This document shows positions 44,666 to 50,847 of a DNA stretch of 50,847 nucleotides, piece by piece (the first letter of the stretch is position 1; the number at the start of each line of letters is the position of its first letter). A model generated the notes under the pieces. It was not told the origin of the DNA. It saw only the letters and a list, made by a program, of their open reading frames with translations, and ran no database searches. The stretch comes from a virus (Duplodnaviria > Caudoviricetes): positions 1-50,847 of IMG/VR virus record IMGVR_UViG_3300035678_000003, one strand, 5' to 3'. A program made the position numbers and the translations under genes.

Positions 44666-45448
44666 ATGGCCCAAGTCACGATGCCGACGTTCACCGATGG
44701 CATGCAGGTGCACGATACGGACCTGACTCCGTTGCGGTCGAACATCGCCGACCACGAAACTCGGATGCTCGCGGCGGAGTCGACGAACACCACCCAGACC
44801 ACCAACATCTCGACCATCAACGGCCAGATCGGCGCGCTGTCGGCGGGCAGTCCGGCGCACAACCGATTGAACGCGCTGGAGACGATCACTGGTGCCGCCA
44901 CCTCAGGCAACGCGGATCTCAACACGCGGCTTGGTGCGGGGGTCGGTACGACCGCGAACGTGACGACCGGTACGGTGACCGCACAGAACAACGACCTGCG
45001 GTCCCGGATGACCTCGGTCGAGGGTCGCGCAACGGCGCTGGAAACCATCACCTCGACCGAGCGAAACAGCACGACCGCAACCGCGCTGGCGAACGGCTCG
45101 CAGGTGGACGTGCCATTTCCGAACTCGGCGCAATCCAGCTCGGACATCACATACGCGGCCCCGGTGTTCACGGTGGCCCGTGCGGGGGTCTACGCGGTAG
45201 AGTCGACAGTCCGCACAACCGGTGGCGCGCTGGAAATCAACCTCTGGTACGACGCGACCGGTGGTGGAACTTACCGCCGTCGCTCGGGTAACGTTACGAC
45301 CACGATGGGCGTCGTGGCAACGACGATGCGGATGCCCGTTGGCGCGAAGCTTAAGGTCACCGCGCTGAACACCTCCGGCGCGGCGAAGACGATCGAGACC
45401 GGAGCAGAGGAGACCACGCACATCTCGATCGTGCGGCTCGGAGGATAG
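44666..45448 (+). CDS. tail fibre/receptor-binding protein
   Basis: Coiled-coil N-terminus; C1q-like C-terminus (FTVARAGVYAV). Confidence 0.7.
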   Translation: MAQVTMPTFTDGMQVHDTDLTPLRSNIADHETRMLAAESTNTTQTTNISTINGQIGALSAGSPAHNRLNALETITGAATSGNADLNTRLGAGVGTTANVTTGTVTAQNNDLRSRMTSVEGRATALETITSTERNSTTATALANGSQVDVPFPNSAQSSSDITYAAPVFTVARAGVYAVESTVRTTGGALEINLWYDATGGGTYRRRSGNVTTTMGVVATTMRMPVGAKLKVTALNTSGAAKTIETGAEETTHISIVRLGG

Positions 45449-45449
45449 C

Positions 45450-45860
45450 ATGTACCGACGCGGACGGCGGTGGACTTCAGCCGCTGCCTACACGCTGTTC
45501 ATTGGCGTCGGCTTCGTAACCTTCATCGCGCCCCTGACCAGCTTCACCGCGACGCTGCAGGGGTGGTTGACTTTCATTTGGTCATTGACCTTGGTTGTGG
45601 GCGGTACACTCGGCGTAGCCGGGGTGGTCGCTAAAAGACCCGGACTGGAATTTGGAGGGCTCCCCGTGCTGGCAGCGTCGATCACCGTATTCGGTGTGGT
45701 GCTGATCGCCCGGGGGCTCTCCGGTGCAAGCGCCAGTGTGTGGGGAACCGTCTTGGTAGGGATGCTGATGCTCGCGCTCGCGCTGAAGCTCCTGGCTCGT
45801 TTTCTTGATATCGGCTTTCTGGTCCGCGCGGACAGCCGAAGACAGGATGGCTCGAAGTGA
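45450..45860 (+). CDS. 4-TM membrane protein (lysis cassette)
   Basis: Four hydrophobic segments. Confidence 0.7.
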   Translation: MYRRGRRWTSAAAYTLFIGVGFVTFIAPLTSFTATLQGWLTFIWSLTLVVGGTLGVAGVVAKRPGLEFGGLPVLAASITVFGVVLIARGLSGASASVWGTVLVGMLMLALALKLLARFLDIGFLVRADSRRQDGSK

Positions 45861-46159
45861 ACATCGACATCAACGCCGTGGTTGGGGCGATCTTCGGGGC
45901 TGGCGGCATCGGTGGTGTTGCCGGGTGGATCAAGTACCGCGATTGGGCGAAGAAGTCGAAGGTGGAGTCGGGGGCGGCCTCGCTCGCGCGCCTACAAGAC
46001 GAAAATATTCGGGTGGGGCTGCGGGCCAAGGAGGCTGAGGCGACCGAGGCGAAGTTGCGCAAGCGCATCGGTGAACTCTCGGACGACGTAGCCCTGTATC
46101 GCGGTATGCTTATTGAGGCAGGATTGCTCAAGAAGGCGAAGCCCGATGACCCCAGATGA
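45857..46159 (+). CDS. membrane protein with coiled coil
   Basis: N-terminal Gly-rich TM then heptads. Confidence 0.7.
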   Translation: MNIDINAVVGAIFGAGGIGGVAGWIKYRDWAKKSKVESGAASLARLQDENIRVGLRAKEAEATEAKLRKRIGELSDDVALYRGMLIEAGLLKKAKPDDPR

Positions 46160-47009
46160 GCGGCTCACCCCCATCGCGCAGGAGCTGGTCCCCGAGATCC
46201 GGCGCGCACAAAAGATCGAGGGACGCAAGCCCGTGCTTTCGGCGGTGCTGGTTGCGGCCGTGGTGGTTCTTGCTGGCGGCTTGATCTACCTGTTCGCCGC
46301 GACCAGCGCCGCCGACCAGACCCTGCAGGAACAGAACGGGGTCCGGGACAAGGCGATCTCGGATGTACAGGACCAGCTCAAGGGCGTGTGCCGGAAGGTC
46401 GTCAACCCGGGGCAGCTCTCGCCGTCCGAGAAGGACGGGTGCTACCGCGCGGAAAACTCGATTCCTCCGCCTGCGCCCTCTAACGCGCCCGTGCAGCAGC
46501 CCGTGCAAGTGGGGCTCACGGTCGGGGAGGTCCGGGGACTGATCGCCGACCAGGTGACGGCGCTCCCGCGCCCCCTGACCATCGACCAGGTGACTGCGGT
46601 AGCGGCCGACGCGGCGGCGAAGAACAAGCCGAAGGACGGCGCGAACGCGACCCCGGACCAAATAGCCGACGCTGTGGCCTCCTTTTGCGCCGGAGACTCT
46701 TGTGTGGGTCGGCCGGGCACCAATGGCGAGAAGGGCCTCGACGCCCCTCCCGTGACCGACGAGCAGGTACGAGCGCAGGTCGCGGTATTCTGCGCCGCCA
46801 ACAACGACTGCGCAGGGCCCCCGGGAGCAACGGGCAGTACCGGAGCCCGGGGCCCGCAGGGCATCAGCGTCCAGTCATTCAAGAACCCCGAGCGCGCGGA
46901 TCCGGCCGACCCGCTGTCGCAGTGCCGGGTGCCGTACCTGTTGATCGACCCCGCGACGGACGCTGTGACGACGGACTACTTCAACGTTCCGAGCGCCTTC
47001 TGTCTCTGA
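46146..47009 (+). CDS. membrane-anchored protein with C-x4/5-C and collagen-like repeats
   Basis: TM; VA.FCA...C.G.PG repeated; GxxGxxG. Confidence 0.75.
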   Translation: MTPDERLTPIAQELVPEIRRAQKIEGRKPVLSAVLVAAVVVLAGGLIYLFAATSAADQTLQEQNGVRDKAISDVQDQLKGVCRKVVNPGQLSPSEKDGCYRAENSIPPPAPSNAPVQQPVQVGLTVGEVRGLIADQVTALPRPLTIDQVTAVAADAAAKNKPKDGANATPDQIADAVASFCAGDSCVGRPGTNGEKGLDAPPVTDEQVRAQVAVFCAANNDCAGPPGATGSTGARGPQGISVQSFKNPERADPADPLSQCRVPYLLIDPATDAVTTDYFNVPSAFCL

Positions 47010-47042
47010 TGGGTTACCATGGTGGTACACGAGAGGAGAGCT

Positions 47043-47360
47043 ATGGGCACCATATACACGCGAGACATCCCGAGCGAGCTCGACCCGGCCGACTTCGAGC
47101 GGTCCATCGAGCATGTCCGGGACACGGTTCGCTCGGTGGTTGCGGTCGACGACGTGCCGGACCCGTTCGTCGAGGTCCGGATCACGGTCGATCGCCTGGA
47201 CGACAAGATGACGCGGATCACGGGTCGGTCGGACCTCGACCCGCAGGCGGACTACCTCCGGGACGGCTTCGACCCGGACAAGGATGCGTACATCGACAAC
47301 CCCCTGCACCCCGACGTTTCCCCGATCCACACGATCGGCAACCCGCCGGAGGCGAAATGA
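47043..47360 (+). CDS. hypothetical acidic protein
   Basis: GAGGAG RBS; operator-like TTACCATGGTGGTAC at 47014..47028. Confidence 0.7.
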   Translation: MGTIYTRDIPSELDPADFERSIEHVRDTVRSVVAVDDVPDPFVEVRITVDRLDDKMTRITGRSDLDPQADYLRDGFDPDKDAYIDNPLHPDVSPIHTIGNPPEAK

Positions 47361-48292
47361 GCGTCGCACGAGCGCGCGAATGGGCCGCCCGGTGCCGTGC
47401 CGCCGGAATCGTCGTGCACGAGGTCGCCGGGTACGAGACGCGCGGCAACGGCCAGTCCAGCGCCTACGAGGGCTGGGTCAACCACCACACCGCGACACCG
47501 AAGTCGAACACGCTGCCTGGCGTGCTGATCAACGGCCGCCCGGACCTCTCACCCCCGCTGTGCAACTCCTGCGGGTACGCGGATGGCTCGGTCGGCCTCG
47601 TGGCGGCACACCCGGCGAACCACGCCGGAGCGTCCGGGGGCTACGACACCTCGCCGCTGCCTCGGACCTCGCTATTCAACAAGATGGTGTGGGGCCACGA
47701 GATCGTGTATGAGGGCACCTCGCCCATGACGGACGCGCAGTACCGCACCGCCCAGATCGTCAGCAAGATCGGCGTGGACATCTGGGGCTACGGCGATGTG
47801 AACCGCATCAAGTTCCACGCGGGTACCTCGATCACGGGCAAGTGGGATCCGGGCTACGCCAACGGCAAGACCTACGACGTCCGTGCGTTCCGCAACACCA
47901 TCCCCGCCGGGGGCAGCGTTCCGCCGACCACCACACCCCCGCCCGCAGCTACACACCGAGAGGTAGAATTGATGGAACGGATCAACGTCCCCGAGAGCCT
48001 GGAAACCACCAGCATCCGCCTGTGGCTGCCGGGCACCGACACGACCAAGATCATCGTCCGCCCCGCGATGGACAAGAGCGGCGTGGTGAGCAGCCCCGTG
48101 TTCATCGGAAACCTGTTCGCCTGGGGTTCCGGCGGCTCGCGTACCAAGGTCGGCATCGGGCACAACTGGAAGAACGACCCGAACGTCGGAGACCGGATCA
48201 TGGCCGCGTTCCCCTGGGCCCTGCCGGGTGGCTTGTGGGCTGACCTGGAGTACAGCAACAAGGGCGGCTTCCAGATCGACATCGTCGGATAA
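47357..48292 (+). CDS. endolysin, N-acetylmuramoyl-L-alanine amidase (Amidase_2)
   Basis: VNHHTA, NGRPDL..PLC, ANHAG, GHEI, FH...KWDP. Confidence 0.9.
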   Translation: MSVARAREWAARCRAAGIVVHEVAGYETRGNGQSSAYEGWVNHHTATPKSNTLPGVLINGRPDLSPPLCNSCGYADGSVGLVAAHPANHAGASGGYDTSPLPRTSLFNKMVWGHEIVYEGTSPMTDAQYRTAQIVSKIGVDIWGYGDVNRIKFHAGTSITGKWDPGYANGKTYDVRAFRNTIPAGGSVPPTTTPPPAATHREVELMERINVPESLETTSIRLWLPGTDTTKIIVRPAMDKSGVVSSPVFIGNLFAWGSGGSRTKVGIGHNWKNDPNVGDRIMAAFPWALPGGLWADLEYSNKGGFQIDIVG

Positions 48293-48306
48293 GAAGGAGA
48301 AGCACG

Positions 48307-48600
48307 ATGGTAACTGTCAAATCGCAGTACGCGATCGACCTCGCCGAGCGGGTCTTCTGGACCTTCCTCGCCGGGTTCTTCGGCGCGGTATCGCTCGACA
48401 TCACGCAGATCACCGATCTCGGCTGGGTGGCGTGGGTCACCTCGGGCGTCGGTGCCGGAGTCATCTCGCTGCTCAAGGGCCTGGCGGCCAAGGCGATCGG
48501 CAACTCGGATTCCGCCAGCCTGACAAAGTCGGTCGGCCCCAAGGCGGTCGTCGCCGACAACGAGGACGTCGGCTACCCGGGATTCTCCGACGGCGGTTGA
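48307..48600 (+). CDS. holin (r1t-like)
   Basis: DLAERVFWTF, two TM, SLLKGL...G...SASL. Confidence 0.85.
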   Translation: MVTVKSQYAIDLAERVFWTFLAGFFGAVSLDITQITDLGWVAWVTSGVGAGVISLLKGLAAKAIGNSDSASLTKSVGPKAVVADNEDVGYPGFSDGG

Positions 48601-48607
48601 TCTCCAC

Positions 48608-48660
48608 CCTGAACGTCGGCCCCGCCATCTATCCACTGGCGGGGCCGACCTATGTTCAGG
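48608..48660. terminator. bidirectional terminator
   Basis: GTCGGCCCCGCCA / TGGCGGGGCCGAC between converging genes. Confidence 0.7.
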
Positions 48661-49456
48661 CCTTGCCCAACCACTCCTTTCGGGTGACCTCAACCCACCG
48701 GTTGGGGACGGCTCCACTGAGGTCGGGGTCCAACCAGTAGCCGTGGTCCCGCTGCGCGTCGGTGAGTCGTTCGTCCAGCACCCATTTGCCCGTCGTGAGC
48801 TCGATCCGGTCCCGGCCGTCCTGGTGCCCCCGGTAGATGCGGCCGGTCAGCTGCGGCTGTCCTTCGGGGTACTTCGACCGCTTGTAGGTGGCGGGTCCCA
48901 AGGGGAGGGGGTTTTCCTCCGGGGGCGGGTCCACCGCCGCGTTCACCCGTGTTACCAGCGGGTTGTCCTCGATCTTGAACGGCGGTAGTTTGATTTTCGG
49001 TCGCTCGACTACTTTCGTGTCGGCCTCCACCTCTGCGTTCCGACGCTCGCGGTCCCTACGAGCATCTGGCCACACGGTGTGCCGCTTCTCCGGCAGCGGA
49101 CGATGTGCTCCTTCCATCGAGATCAGCACGTCGGTATTCTGGCCACAGGCCGGGCACGCAAACACCGGGGGCCGCTCCGCTGGCGGGATCCGGTGGTCTG
49201 GGTTCACGCACTGCCTGTCCTCGCATCGTGGCGGCACTCGTGTCCCCGGACTCACCACGGTGTTGGGGCAAAGGCTGCGGAACAAAAACCGCCAAACCGA
49301 GGTCCGTCGGTGCACCGGGTTGCCGGACGGGGAGTAGGCCCCGTTCCAGATCCAGCAACCAAGATCCGGGTCGTGGAGGATCTTCGCCCAGTACGACTGC
49401 GGTACGCGGGTATCACCGTACGCGGCAGGCAGCGGAGGGGTGTCATCTCTCGTCAA
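48656..49456 (-). CDS. HNH-like (degenerate) Zn-binding protein
   Basis: YWAKI....GCWIWNGA...C.DRQCVNPDH; catalytic His position appears replaced. Confidence 0.65.
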   Translation of the reverse strand: MTRDDTPPLPAAYGDTRVPQSYWAKILHDPDLGCWIWNGAYSPSGNPVHRRTSVWRFLFRSLCPNTVVSPGTRVPPRCEDRQCVNPDHRIPPAERPPVFACPACGQNTDVLISMEGAHRPLPEKRHTVWPDARRDRERRNAEVEADTKVVERPKIKLPPFKIEDNPLVTRVNAAVDPPPEENPLPLGPATYKRSKYPEGQPQLTGRIYRGHQDGRDRIELTTGKWVLDERLTDAQRDHGYWLDPDLSGAVPNRWVEVTRKEWLGKA

Positions 49457-49750
49457 GGTGTCATCCTTTCGGGTGGTTGAGGTGTCATCCTACCAGACGA
49501 GGTGACACCGTGGCGAGGTGGCGTCGGTCGGTGAGATGTAGGAAGGTCACGGGGTGGGGGTAGCGCAGAGGGCCTCGGATAAACTCATCAGGCGGGGGTA
49601 GGTGTCAGTTAAGATGCCACCCACGATGACACCCCCCATTTCCTGATGAGTTTATTGCTGAAAGCCGCTCCTCCCCCAGTGTGTGACCTTCCTACATCTC
49701 GGCGCAGGTGGCATCTGGCGCGGCACTTACCACCGTGGTAAGATGACACC
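49439..49750. repeat. iteron-like GGTG(T/G)CATC repeats and nested inverted repeats; candidate origin
   Basis: About 10 copies of the 9-mer in both orientations; 18-bp IR 49533..49550/49683..49700; 14-bp IR 49579..49592/49642..49655. Confidence 0.75.
49727..49744 (+). promoter_or_regulatory. operator overlapping extended -10
   Basis: TTACCACCGTGGTAAGAT, 8 nt before ATG 49752. Confidence 0.75.
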
Positions 49751-49751
49751 T

Positions 49752-50036
49752 ATGACCGCACCGCGTGCCGCTAACATCAGCCGGACCCTTCGCCTTGGCG
49801 GGGCCCGTCCGAATACCTACGCCCGGCGGGGCCGCAGCGAGGGGATATTCGTCGGTCAGCGCGGCCAGTCGGTCGCGATCGGGTTCGACTTCGATAGCCC
49901 GCGAGAGCTGCGGGAATTCCGGGCTACCGCGTGGCGGATCCTGACCGAGGCTGGCTGGGAAGTCGAGACCTCGACCGGAAACGCGCTGTACGTCACGCGC
50001 CGAGCGGCAGTAGAATCAACGGAAGAGGAAGGCTGA
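49752..50036 (+). CDS. hypothetical protein (possibly leaderless)
   Basis: ATG directly after promoter, no SD. Confidence 0.65.
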   Translation: MTAPRAANISRTLRLGGARPNTYARRGRSEGIFVGQRGQSVAIGFDFDSPRELREFRATAWRILTEAGWEVETSTGNALYVTRRAAVESTEEEG

Positions 50037-50038
50037 CC

Positions 50039-50635
50039 ATGGACTGGACAGACCGGGGCGGGGACGCCACCCAGCACGATCGGGTGACCTGCTGGGTTTG
50101 CATGCAGCAGGTGCCGATGAATCTCGGCTCGGGGGCGATCTTCGACCACCCCGTCCGGCCGACCGCCCCCGGCGAACACCCGGAGCCCTGGTGCGGTGGG
50201 TCCGGGCTCCGTGAGGACGGGACAAGGGTGCGGCAGTTGCCGGGGTGGATGCCGCATCGCGAGGGTGCGGGTTGCGGGGTGACCCACCCGCTGGGCAGCG
50301 TGCTGGTAGCGGCACCGGACAAGGCGGGGTGGTCCGGGTGGGGCCCGTATTCCGGCCCGTTCTATCTCGGGCGCGAGTCGTTCGACCAGGTGCGCTTCCC
50401 GCGCCACTCGGTCGACATGCCGAACTTCCCTGGCGTGCCGGACGAGTCGCTGTGGTACCGGTTCATGCTCCCTCAGTTCCACGCGATCACGGGGTCGATC
50501 ACCGACGCCTACCGCGCGGTCAATGCTCTGGCCCCCCTGATCGGGTGGGTTAAGGATTCAGATGGAAGCATCGGCCGCGCGCTGCTGGCCGTGCTAAACG
50601 GAGGTGTTGAAAGTGCGGATACTCCCGAAATCTGA
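50039..50635 (+). CDS. hypothetical protein
   Basis: GAGGAAGG RBS; CxxC...H...C..SG Zn-ribbon-like motif. Confidence 0.7.
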   Translation: MDWTDRGGDATQHDRVTCWVCMQQVPMNLGSGAIFDHPVRPTAPGEHPEPWCGGSGLREDGTRVRQLPGWMPHREGAGCGVTHPLGSVLVAAPDKAGWSGWGPYSGPFYLGRESFDQVRFPRHSVDMPNFPGVPDESLWYRFMLPQFHAITGSITDAYRAVNALAPLIGWVKDSDGSIGRALLAVLNGGVESADTPEI

Positions 50636-50846
50636 CGCCCCGCTCGTCACCGACGAACGTGATGTCGAGCTCGCTGTGCAGACCGCGATCGGCGGACTGG
50701 AGGAGCACGGCTACGAGCTGATCGACCAGACCCAGAAAACGGTGATGCTGCACGGCATCGACCATGCGGGGGTCATGCACACAATCCTCATCTTGAAAGG
50801 TGCCGATGGCGGTTGGACTGCGGAACGCAGAGAAGGATGGCTATGA
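50613..50846 (+). CDS. hypothetical protein (its 3' end is duplicated at 1..126)
   Basis: GGAGG RBS, GTG start; stop overlaps ATG at 123 in the circular genome. Confidence 0.65.
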   Translation: MRILPKSDAPLVTDERDVELAVQTAIGGLEEHGYELIDQTQKTVMLHGIDHAGVMHTILILKGADGGWTAERREGWL

Positions 50847-50847
50847 C
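50721..50847. repeat. 127-nt terminal direct repeat (copy of 1..127)
   Basis: Exact identity. Confidence 0.95.

Noticed and set aside
44666-45448. Diversity-generating retroelement or invertible tail-fibre cassette
   Set aside because: No reverse transcriptase, invertase or TR/VR repeat pair seen
49643-49663. Hammerhead ribozyme core (CTGATGA...GAAA), also CTGATGAG at 31711
   Set aside because: No stem II pairing or stems I/III with a cleavage triplet; the motif is an arm of DNA inverted repeats

Overview
The window is a complete, circularly assembled ~50.7 kb genome of a high-GC, long-tailed (siphovirus-like) phage, most likely of an actinomycete. The first and last 127 nt are identical, which looks like an assembler overlap. 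No integrase is seen, so it appears lytic. Modules: recombination/replication (RusA, HTH, Cas4-like nuclease, AAA ATPase, DUF669/SSB-like, primase-helicase, family A polymerase), a nucleotide-modification operon, accessory genes, terminase/portal/MuF, head, tail and lysis. The main result is a probable 2-aminoadenine (Z-genome) pathway directly after the polymerase. It has a PurZ0-type synthetase (GGQFGSEAKG, TTVT, TMVDQ) and a dATP/dGTP diphosphohydrolase-like gene. No HD-domain DatZ is visible; the third gene is instead a nucleoside-deoxyribosyltransferase/N-glycosidase-like domain fused to a dUTPase. Non-coding features include a genome-wide TTACCA-N3-TGGTAA palindrome overlapping promoter -10 boxes, and three loci carrying TGATGAGTTTAT inverted repeats, two of them with a flipped core. 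There is also an iteron-rich nested palindrome (origin candidate) and two structured leader RNAs. All product calls come from motif recognition by eye; no database searches were run.
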